From: a virus
Reading direction: 5' to 3' (one strand)
Virus record (IMG/VR): IMGVR_UViG_3300045988_020849
Location: 1-43,971 of that record
Length of the DNA: 43,971 bases
Part shown: positions 17,746 to 24,740 of the stretch, piece by piece
Layout: each line of letters starts with the position of its first letter
How positions within the stretch are numbered: the stretch's first letter is position 1
Made by a program: the position numbers and the translations under genes
Notes under the pieces: generated by a model
Database searches by the model: none
What the model was told of the DNA's origin: nothing
Seen by the model: only the letters and a program-made list of their open reading frames with translations

Positions 17746-17825
17746 TATACTTTTTGTGTATTTTCATGAACTGTTTTCTGCCATTCTCACATGCCATAAT
17801 GGAAGCAGAGGAAGGAGGGGAGCGC

Positions 17826-18242
17826 ATGAATGCATATACTCCTTATGGAATGGGCGGATATATGGCAGATCAGGCGGCATTACAACAGCGCATCCAGCAG
17901 ATGGAACAGGCAACACAGCCGCGGCAGACAGTGCCGATGCAAAATGTGAATTGGATTCAGGTAGCTGGAATCGAAGGAGCAAGGAATCAGATCGTACAGC
18001 CGGGACAGACAGCGTGGATGATGGACAACAACAGCCCCATGTTCTACGTCAAGTCCGTGGACGGAATGGGGAGCGCAACGCTCAAAGCATTCACGTTCAA
18101 GGAAATCCCTGTCTCATCCTTAACAGCCCCGCAAATGGCTCCTGCGGCTCCAAGTGGGGACTATGTAACACGCGAGGAATTCAATGCTTTGCTCGTAAAA
18201 CTTGGGGAGAGGCAGGAAGAGAAGAAGGAGGGGACTGAATGA
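17826..18242 (+). CDS. Hypothetical Gln/Met-rich protein (138 aa)
   Basis: ATG 17826 is preceded by GAAGGAGGGG. The track ORF is extended upstream through the terminator. Confidence 0.6.
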   Translation: MNAYTPYGMGGYMADQAALQQRIQQMEQATQPRQTVPMQNVNWIQVAGIEGARNQIVQPGQTAWMMDNNSPMFYVKSVDGMGSATLKAFTFKEIPVSSLTAPQMAPAAPSGDYVTREEFNALLVKLGERQEEKKEGTE

Positions 18243-18493
18243 ATCCATTATTAAGCATGATGGGCGGATCCGGAAACAATCCAATGGCGGCGATGATGCA
18301 AGCCATGAGTGTTGTGAATCAGATCCGGCAGACAGGGAACCCACAGGCAGCGATCAATGCAATGGCACAGCAGAATCCGAATATCAAAAAGGCAATGGAT
18401 ATGTGCAAAGGGAAGAACCCGGAACAGGTATTCAAGCAGATGTGCCAGCAGAACGGCATGGATCCCGAACAGTTTACAGGGATGATGAAATAA
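18239..18493 (+). CDS. Hypothetical Met-rich small protein (84 aa)
   Basis: ATGA overlap with the upstream gene. 14 Met in 84 residues by my count. Confidence 0.6.
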   Translation: MNPLLSMMGGSGNNPMAAMMQAMSVVNQIRQTGNPQAAINAMAQQNPNIKKAMDMCKGKNPEQVFKQMCQQNGMDPEQFTGMMK

Positions 18494-18505
18494 TAAAAAG
18501 AGCGA

Positions 18506-19186
18506 CTAATGCCGCCCTTTAAACATATTGTTTCCTGTTTGATTTGGTAAAAACATATCAGTTTCGTTCCATCCACGATTGTAACGATTATACATGGCTT
18601 GGTCACTAATCCCAATTATTTTAGCCCATGCAGAAAGAGTTTCTGTTTTGCCATTATGTGTCAGAAGAATAGATGATGATTTATTCATTGATTGAATATG
18701 ATTATTAGCCCATCTACAATTTGATGGTTCGTAATTGCCGTTATAATTTATTCGATCTAAGGTAAATCCTTGCGGACGACCGCCAACTGAATCCGACCAT
18801 TCAGCAAATTTCCAAAAGTCATGCCATTCTTCACAGACAGAAATGCCTTTTAAGCCATACCTTTTATAATTTTGCGCATTTGGATTCTCGCAGCGTGAAA
18901 TCATCTGTTTCCATGTTCCGTAAAGTGGATGCTTGCTTCTTCCGTCATTATTGATACCGTATCTAATGCGGCGAGTTAAGCAAGCTTTTTGAACAGTATT
19001 TTTGCTTTTCTTTAAGCATCCACATGAACGCGTATGCCCACTTCGTAAATCGTTTGTTGGAATAGAAACAAGATTCCCGCAATCACATTTGCAATTCCAG
19101 CGATATGTGCCGTGCTTTGTTTTATCTCCACGGCAAATAACAGTAAGATTTCCAAAACGTTTTTCAGTCAAATCTAATTTTGACAT
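18506..19186 (-). CDS. Reverse-strand DNA-binding / homing-endonuclease-like protein (zinc ribbon + AP2-like + C-terminal HTH)
   Basis: LTEKRFGNLTVI...WNCKCDCGN...RSGHTRSCGC, then HPLYGTWKQMISRCENPNAQNYKRYGLKGISVCEEW, then LSAWAKIIGISDQAMYNRYNRGW. It is the only minus-strand gene in the late region. Start taken at M20 of the track ORF. Confidence 0.45.
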   Translation of the reverse strand: MSKLDLTEKRFGNLTVICRGDKTKHGTYRWNCKCDCGNLVSIPTNDLRSGHTRSCGCLKKSKNTVQKACLTRRIRYGINNDGRSKHPLYGTWKQMISRCENPNAQNYKRYGLKGISVCEEWHDFWKFAEWSDSVGGRPQGFTLDRINYNGNYEPSNCRWANNHIQSMNKSSSILLTHNGKTETLSAWAKIIGISDQAMYNRYNRGWNETDMFLPNQTGNNMFKGRH

Positions 19187-19320
19187 AAAAAATAACACCT
19201 TGCCTTTCTGATGCACGCCTTCAATGGAATGTGGGAAAATCACTAAGGCATGTGACTTTCGGGTCGCGAATCCCTATTCCCACAAGAAAAGTATACCATG
19301 TTTTTTAAGTTTAAACAACG

Positions 19321-19344
19321 ATATTTAGGTGCGCACCTTAATAT
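19321..19344. promoter_or_regulatory. Near-perfect 24-bp palindrome with perfect 12-bp core AGGTGCGCACCT (candidate operator)
   Basis: atatttAGGTGCGCACCTtaatat, in the divergent intergenic region between 19186 (-) and 19371 (+). Confidence 0.4.
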
Positions 19345-19370
19345 AAATTTCTAAAAAGGAGAACATCAAG

Positions 19371-20057
19371 ATGAACGAAGGCTTGGGACTCACAGCTGCG
19401 GATGTGGCAGCTGTCACTAGAAACAATGATGCTAATGATATGTGGGGCGGAAATTGCTGGATCTGGATCATTCTGATTGCGTTCCTCTTCCCGATGATGG
19501 GCGGATGGAACCGCGGCGGTGTTGAAAACGGCGTGCAGGACAATTTCATTTCGGATGAGTTTGTGAAGCGCGACATCTTCAACACAAATCAGAACGTCTC
19601 CAACACAGCATGTCAGACCCAGAGAGATGTACTTGAGAGCAGATATACAACGCAGCTCGGAATGCAGCAGTTAGGTGCTCAGTCTCAGCAGTGTTGCTGC
19701 GAAACACAGAAAGAGATCTTACAGAACCGGTATGATGCGGCACTGATGGCGCAGAACATGCAGGCACAGCTTGCGCAGTGTTGCTGTGACATCAAGGAAA
19801 CTGTCCTTGCAGACGGACAGGCAACACGCCAGCTCATGCAGGAGAACACCATCCAGGGACTTCGCGACAAGATTGCGGACCGTGACAGAGACCTCCAGAC
19901 AGCGTATTGGCAGATCTCCCAGGTCAGCCAGACCAAGGACATCGTTAATGCGGTAAGACCGACACCGACACCGGCTTATATTACATGCTCCCCGTATTTT
20001 GCATATAATATGTCCGGATTTGGCGGATGCTGCGGAAACGGCGGGAATGTACTGTGA
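19371..20057 (+). CDS. Cys-rich membrane protein with a Gln-rich coiled coil
   Basis: One TM (CWIWIILIAFLFPMMGGW), two QCCC motifs (QQCCCETQKEIL, AQCCCDIKETVL) and a C-terminal GGCCGNGG. AAAGGAG RBS. Confidence 0.55.
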   Translation: MNEGLGLTAADVAAVTRNNDANDMWGGNCWIWIILIAFLFPMMGGWNRGGVENGVQDNFISDEFVKRDIFNTNQNVSNTACQTQRDVLESRYTTQLGMQQLGAQSQQCCCETQKEILQNRYDAALMAQNMQAQLAQCCCDIKETVLADGQATRQLMQENTIQGLRDKIADRDRDLQTAYWQISQVSQTKDIVNAVRPTPTPAYITCSPYFAYNMSGFGGCCGNGGNVL

Positions 20058-20266
20058 GAAATCCGAATGAACTGACCACTCTGGACATGCTAAATTTGTT
20101 CGGCGTATTCTTGCAGGTGATGAATTACGAAAGTGATTTGTCGCAGGCAAGCAACGCCGACATTGCGAAGCATCTTCAAGAGCAGGATCGGAAGTATCTG
20201 GATAAGATTATCGAAAACCAAAACAGAATTATAAGCATGTTGGAAGAATCCATAGCTACAAAGTAG
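20054..20266 (+). CDS. Small hypothetical protein (70 aa)
   Basis: GTGA start-stop overlap with the upstream gene. Start is uncertain (alternative ATG 20087). Confidence 0.45.
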   Translation: MRNPNELTTLDMLNLFGVFLQVMNYESDLSQASNADIAKHLQEQDRKYLDKIIENQNRIISMLEESIATK

Positions 20267-20278
20267 TCTTGCGCATCG

Positions 20279-20309
20279 ATAAGGAGTCGGATTCGGCTCC
20301 TTATTTTTT
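20279..20309 (+). terminator. Rho-independent terminator
   Basis: aaggagtcg pairs with cggctcctt (9 bp, one G-U) around a 4-nt loop, followed by attttttg. Confidence 0.7.
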
Positions 20310-20324
20310 GAAAGGAGAAATACT

Positions 20325-20753
20325 ATGCTCAATGTTATAGCAAAGACAGAACAGACAGTGACAGCAAACCAGAACGTTATCTTTAACGACACCCGTGTGA
20401 AATCCAGAAGATGCGGATGTTCCAGCGGGTGGCTGAACCATGTCAAGGGGAGCGGGCTTTTTACGATCACGAACCGCACAAACCTCCCGATGGCGGTAGA
20501 GGTGGAGTTCAACGGCAACGTGACCGCGGCGGCAGCAGGAGCAACGGCCCTTGTGATTGAACTCAATGGCGAGGCGATCGGCGGAACAGAGATGGATTAC
20601 ACAGTTGCAACGGCGAACACATACCAGAATGTCGGAGCGTCCACACTGATACCGGTCCCGGCTGGCTCATCCCTCACGGTATCGATTGGGAACATCTCCG
20701 CGGGCGCGGTACTCGTGAAGGATGCGAACATCATCATCAAGAAACTGGCGTAG
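20325..20753 (+). CDS. C1q/TNF-like (BclA C-terminal-domain-like) beta-jellyroll protein without a collagen stalk
   Basis: Alternating beta-strand pattern ...ALVIELNGEAIGGTEMDY...GSSLTVSIGNISAGAVLVKDANIIIKKLA resembles Bacillus/Clostridium exosporium BclA CTDs. AAAGGAG RBS. Confidence 0.5.
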   Translation: MLNVIAKTEQTVTANQNVIFNDTRVKSRRCGCSSGWLNHVKGSGLFTITNRTNLPMAVEVEFNGNVTAAAAGATALVIELNGEAIGGTEMDYTVATANTYQNVGASTLIPVPAGSSLTVSIGNISAGAVLVKDANIIIKKLA

Positions 20754-20762
20754 GAGGTGATC

Positions 20763-21374
20763 ATGATGATTGCCTTCCGGAGCAAGATGGATGTAAAAAG
20801 CGTGGAAGATGTTTTCTCTGAGATCAACGCGCGGCAGATCGCAGCGATCATGATCCATGATCAGATGGCGGATTATTTCGATTTTCTCGGATTGAGCGGT
20901 TATAAGCGGTTCCATCTGTATCAGTATTTTGCTGAGAGTGAGGAACGCCGCAAAACTGCACATTACTATATCAATCACCACGGGAAACTGATCCGCGACA
21001 CCTTCGAGGGGAACGTGCAGATGATCCCGGAAGCGTGGCAGTCTGCAAACCGCATGAGTGTAGGAAAGTCCACCAAACAGAAAGCGGTGGAAGATGGATT
21101 CTCTGCACACCTCGCATGGGAGCAGTCCACAAAGGACGTGTATCAGAAGTATGCGACAGCTCTCAGAAGCATGGGAAATGTTGCAGATGCTATATTTGTG
21201 GATAACCTCGTGTGTGATGTGGATAACGAACTTGAGCGGCTGGAACGGATCATAACAGACCTTATTACCGCCGGATATGATCCAATATACATCATGGAGA
21301 GTCAGAAGCCACTCCACGATAAATACAAAAAGAAAATGAAGGGAGGAATGAAGCATGAAAGAGCTGATAAATAA
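20763..21374 (+). CDS. Ferritin-like superfamily protein (tentative)
   Basis: IHDQMADYFDFLGLSGYKRFHLYQYFAESEERRKTAHYYINHHGKL resembles a ferritin/Dps helix pair (G..F...EE...H). GGAGGTGA RBS. Confidence 0.35.
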   Translation: MMIAFRSKMDVKSVEDVFSEINARQIAAIMIHDQMADYFDFLGLSGYKRFHLYQYFAESEERRKTAHYYINHHGKLIRDTFEGNVQMIPEAWQSANRMSVGKSTKQKAVEDGFSAHLAWEQSTKDVYQKYATALRSMGNVADAIFVDNLVCDVDNELERLERIITDLITAGYDPIYIMESQKPLHDKYKKKMKGGMKHERADK

Positions 21375-21777
21375 GCTTAAGGATCAGCTGAATCTGGAAG
21401 CAAAGGAAGCTGTGAACAACCTGACGGCATCGCGGCTGGATGTGATCTATAAGCTCACGGCGGCAATCTGCTATCTGGAAAAGATGGACGGAAAAGAGTG
21501 GGAAGAAAGCCGTGTTGCTGACGTGGCGGAGGATGTGATCAAGAAATACTCCAATGGGAGATATGATCACAACATCGATTCCCTGTATGATCGCTACATT
21601 GCTGCGAAACAGGCGTACAAACAGAACGGCGATCAGGCACACCGTGACAAGCTCATGGAGTGCGTTGGGCGGCTGATGGTGGAGGTGTATGACATGCTCT
21701 CTTCGATGGTCATGGACAGCGATTTTACGGATGAGCGGCAGGAGATACAGAGATACATCCGCAAGCTCGGAGATTAG
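21355..21777 (+). CDS. Hypothetical helical protein (140 aa)
   Basis: Track ORF with a GGGAGGAATGAAGC RBS context. Overlaps the upstream gene by 20 nt. Confidence 0.55.
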   Translation: MKELINKLKDQLNLEAKEAVNNLTASRLDVIYKLTAAICYLEKMDGKEWEESRVADVAEDVIKKYSNGRYDHNIDSLYDRYIAAKQAYKQNGDQAHRDKLMECVGRLMVEVYDMLSSMVMDSDFTDERQEIQRYIRKLGD

Positions 21778-21812
21778 CCTAAAATGTGGGGGTAAAACGG
21801 ATTTTGGGATAT

Positions 21813-21875
21813 GGTAAAATAAAAACGTGGGGATATTATGGACCCCCACTCCCATACGGGACCATGCTTTTTGTT
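21813..21875. terminator. Bidirectional terminator region
   Basis: Minus strand: GTGGGGGT...ATCCCCAC hairpin (21827-21849) followed by GTTTTTATTTTA. Plus strand: atggaccc (21838-21845) pairs with gggaccat (21858-21865), followed by gctttttgtt. Confidence 0.5.
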
Positions 21876-22169
21876 GCCATACCTCCTTTATTCGTACGGC
21901 ACGCACGCCCTTAAGAGAAACCCGGCATGATCGGGGAGGTTGAAAAGCGGATGCAATTTCCGGCGTGCGACTGCCCCACCCCCCCGGGGGGCATAGTGCA
22001 GAGCATAGCACGAGAAAGTTACTTGCTAACCGGCATCGCCGGTTACGGAGAGTTGCGCAGAACATTGCCGGTTCGCTGCCGGCACTCTCCACTTCCGCCC
22101 AGCAACGGGGCGGGGACTCATTTTCTTATCAATATACTAATCCCTGTCATCCTCTCGGCAGGGACGCAA
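21876..22169 (+). ncRNA. Candidate structured non-coding RNA (GC-rich, hairpin-dense); strand not established
   Basis: No credible ORF. Stems seen: 21973-21977/21988-21992 around a C7G6 tract; 22028-22034/22038-22044; 22047-22053/22084-22090 enclosing 22067-22071/22079-22083; 22095-22100/22108-22113; 22141-22146/22159-22164. Confidence 0.35.
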
Positions 22170-22243
22170 GGACCATTCGCCCAATCGGTGAGGGCATCCG
22201 GCTCATAACCGGACGGTTCGGGGTTCGATTCCCTGATGGTCCA
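22170..22243 (+). tRNA. tRNA-Met(CAU): tRNA with anticodon CAU (elongator Met, or Ile2 if lysidinylated)
   Basis: Manual cloverleaf: acceptor GGACCAT/ATGGTCC, U8, D arm GCCC-AATCGGTGA-GGGC, anticodon arm TCCGG-CTCATAA-CCGGA, variable CGGTT, T arm CGGGG-TTCGATT-CCCTG, discriminator A. 74 nt, no encoded CCA. G1-C72 argues against an initiator. Confidence 0.85.
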
Positions 22244-22323
22244 TTACCCTGCCGGTGGTTCATCCGGCTCAATCCATTACCGCTGACGAGCGGTTTAAAA
22301 ATGGCGTTTAGGAGGATAATTAT

Positions 22324-22965
22324 ATGCAGAATTACGAACAGATCTTACAGGAGCTTGGGATTGAGATCCCGGAGGATAAGAAAAACGATCTGAAGGCGAA
22401 GATGAGTGAAAACTATCGGGCAAAATCAGATTATGACAATGTGGTGCGCAAGAGGGACGAATATAAAACATCCCTTGACGATGTGCGGGAAAAGCTTGAC
22501 GGATTCAAAGATGTTGATGTCGATGATCTGAAAGGACAGATTGCAACACTGACAACGCAGCTTAGCAATGAGAAAAAAGCGCGTGCGGATGACGCGCGGA
22601 AAATCGAAGTTGAAAAGACTGTGAATGATTTCTTGTCTTCCACGGATGATAAGGGGAACAAGATGTATGAGTTTTTGAACGACATCACAGAAGATCATTA
22701 TCGCAACGCTCTCGTGGAAGAACTGGGAAAAGATTCCGCACGGGGAAAGTCTATCGGCGACATCTTCAAAACGATGACCACCGGAGAGAACGGAACCCAG
22801 AAGACCGGGATTTTCGTTGACAGGCAGCAGGAACGCGCAAAACAGAACGCGGCGCGCTTCACCAAACCGGCAAGCAACCCGAACAACGCACCGAAATACA
22901 CGATGTCCGAGCTGATGAAGATGAAGAACGAGAATCCGGATCTTGACATCAAACAGTATATGTAA
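22324..22965 (+). CDS. Capsid scaffolding protein (phage GP20 family)
   Basis: MQNYEQILQELGIEIPEDKK..., highly charged coiled coil directly upstream of the major capsid gene. Confidence 0.75.
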   Translation: MQNYEQILQELGIEIPEDKKNDLKAKMSENYRAKSDYDNVVRKRDEYKTSLDDVREKLDGFKDVDVDDLKGQIATLTTQLSNEKKARADDARKIEVEKTVNDFLSSTDDKGNKMYEFLNDITEDHYRNALVEELGKDSARGKSIGDIFKTMTTGENGTQKTGIFVDRQQERAKQNAARFTKPASNPNNAPKYTMSELMKMKNENPDLDIKQYM

Positions 22966-22974
22966 ACGAACGAC

Positions 22975-23045
22975 CGGCGGCACGTTTTGAGTGCTGCCGC
23001 TAACCTACACACCTTTTAACAGTTATGGGTAGAAAGGATTTTTTT
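22975..23045 (+). promoter_or_regulatory. Conserved stem-loop leader, copy A (upstream of major capsid gene)
   Basis: Hairpin 22975-22983/22991-22999 with loop gttttga. A 23-nt exact match (22985-23007) to 28210-28232, and a similar RBS context (agaaagg...attttt..ATG). Confidence 0.7.
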
Positions 23046-24221
23046 ATGGCATTATTCGACCTTAAGAATTTTAATGGCGAAGTATTTGGCGCATATGTGG
23101 ACACCGTCCCGAACCTCAACAGAAATGCACTGTTAAAGTCCGGCGCGATCGTGGAGAAATCCCAGTATGCGGCTATGCTGCCGGATCAGACGGGCGGCAA
23201 CTATATCACGGTGCCGATCAAGGCGAGAATCGGCGGTACACCGGACAACTATGACGGCTCCACCAACATCACAGCAGATTCCAGGGAGACGTACACACAC
23301 GGTAGAATCGTTGTTGGCCGTGCTCATGGATGGACAGAGAAAGACTTCTCTACAGACATCACAGGCGAGGACTTCCTCCCGGCTGCGCAGGAAGTCGCAG
23401 AGTATTGGGATGATGTGGATCAGGAAACGCTTCTTGCAACGCTGAAAGGCGTCTTCTCCATGACGGGAGCTGAGAACCTTAAGTTCGTGAACGGGCACAC
23501 CTATGACGTATCCCTCGACCCGACAAATAGCGGATTCGCGGAGACCACCCTCAACAACGCCATTCAGAAAGCCCTCGGAGACAATAAGGCGAAATTCAGC
23601 CTTGCGATCATGCATTCCAAGATTGCGACAGATCTCGAGAATCTTAAGCTCCTCGCATACATGAAGTATACAGACGGAGACGGAATCGAGAGAGACCTTA
23701 CCCTCGCAACCTTAAACGGAAGAACCGTCCTCATTGACGACAACATGCCGACAGCGGCGGCGGAGGCGAAATATGTCAAAGCATCTCAGACAGACCCGGG
23801 AGCGCTCAAAGTTACGACCGCAGGCACCGGAGCGGGTGAGGTCGCAAAAGCAAGCGTAACTACAGACATTCCGGACGCGAACGAAGGTGATTATGTCAAA
23901 CTCCTTCCGGCTGGAACTGTATACACCACATACGTTCTCGGCGCTGGTGCAATCGAGTACACAAACTGCGGTGTAAAAGTCCCGTATGAGATGGACAGAG
24001 ACGCAAAGACTAACGGCGGCGTGGATACTTTATATTCCCGTCAGAGAAAGATTTTCTCCCCGTATGGTATCAGCTTCAAACAGCCGTCCTTCATCTCCCC
24101 GACAAACACACAGCTTGAGACTGGCGCAAACTGGGAGCTTGCGAATAACAACTCGACTTCTGCAAAGAAGTATTTCCCGATCAAAGCGATCCCGATCGCA
24201 CAGATCAAGACCAGAGGCTAA
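23046..24221 (+). CDS. Major capsid protein
   Basis: 391 aa after the scaffold, N-terminus MALFDLKNFNGEVFGAYVDTVPNLNRNALLKSGAI. The track ORF start 23025 is an upstream extension. Confidence 0.8.
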   Translation: MALFDLKNFNGEVFGAYVDTVPNLNRNALLKSGAIVEKSQYAAMLPDQTGGNYITVPIKARIGGTPDNYDGSTNITADSRETYTHGRIVVGRAHGWTEKDFSTDITGEDFLPAAQEVAEYWDDVDQETLLATLKGVFSMTGAENLKFVNGHTYDVSLDPTNSGFAETTLNNAIQKALGDNKAKFSLAIMHSKIATDLENLKLLAYMKYTDGDGIERDLTLATLNGRTVLIDDNMPTAAAEAKYVKASQTDPGALKVTTAGTGAGEVAKASVTTDIPDANEGDYVKLLPAGTVYTTYVLGAGAIEYTNCGVKVPYEMDRDAKTNGGVDTLYSRQRKIFSPYGISFKQPSFISPTNTQLETGANWELANNNSTSAKKYFPIKAIPIAQIKTRG

Positions 24222-24234
24222 GGAGGATTCCGGC

Positions 24235-24729
24235 ATGGCATACACAGATTATGAATTTTACTCAAAATCATTTTTCGGCAATGTCGTGCCGGAATCTGAT
24301 TTTATGCGGCTTGCAGAAAGAGCGAGTGATTTTATCGACACGCTGACATTTGATCGGCTGACTGGCGGACTACCTACACCGGAGAAATACCAGAAACGGG
24401 TCAAGAAAGCCGTATGCGCTATGGCGGAGATCTACTATCAGTTGGATCTTGCACAGAAACAGGCACTTGCCGCCGCTTCTGGAGCGTCTGCGATTACTGA
24501 CGTGAATGGAACAACGACTGGGATCATCACCTCGAGATCATCCGGCAGTGAGTCCATATCCTATGCAACAGTACAGCAGACCGGTGCGGCGGCGAAAGAG
24601 TGGTCGGCTGTATATTCTGCGGCAGGAGACGCAAAAGCCGCAAACAAGCTCCTCTGTGATGCGGCAATGCCGTATTTGACAGGAGTTGTAACTGATGATG
24701 GAACCCCGCTATTGTATGCGGGATTATAA
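24235..24729 (+). CDS. Head-tail connector / DNA-packaging (gp6-like) protein
   Basis: ATG 24235 follows AAGGAGG. MAYTDYEFYSKSFFGNVVPESDFMRLAERASDFIDTLT, in the position right after the capsid gene. Track ORF 23986 is an out-of-context extension. Confidence 0.5.
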   Translation: MAYTDYEFYSKSFFGNVVPESDFMRLAERASDFIDTLTFDRLTGGLPTPEKYQKRVKKAVCAMAEIYYQLDLAQKQALAAASGASAITDVNGTTTGIITSRSSGSESISYATVQQTGAAAKEWSAVYSAAGDAKAANKLLCDAAMPYLTGVVTDDGTPLLYAGL

Positions 24730-24740
24730 AGGAGAATGTT

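Noticed and set aside
21836-21880. 14-aa minus-strand micro-ORF (MATKSMVPYGSGGP) preceded by AAGGAGGT and followed by the minus-strand terminator
   Set aside because: The RBS-to-ATG spacing is only ~1 nt, which is incompatible with normal initiation. It is more likely part of the structured or terminator region.
21292-22393. Track ORFs 21292..22092 (-), 21927..22208 (+) and 21965..22393 (+) in the GC-rich region
   Set aside because: They overlap each other, run through a well-formed tRNA and into the scaffold gene, have no RBS, and have low-complexity Pro/Arg/Gly-rich translations typical of GC-rich non-coding sequence.
23025-23045. N-terminal extensions of track ORFs (23025, 28212, 36980, 9481, 17673, 25157, 23986, 2860, 4737, 43088, 43177, 42792)
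   Set aside because: In each case an internal ATG, GTG or TTG with a GGAGG-type RBS at proper spacing gives a sensible N-terminus. The extension crosses a terminator, a conserved leader or the upstream gene in another frame.
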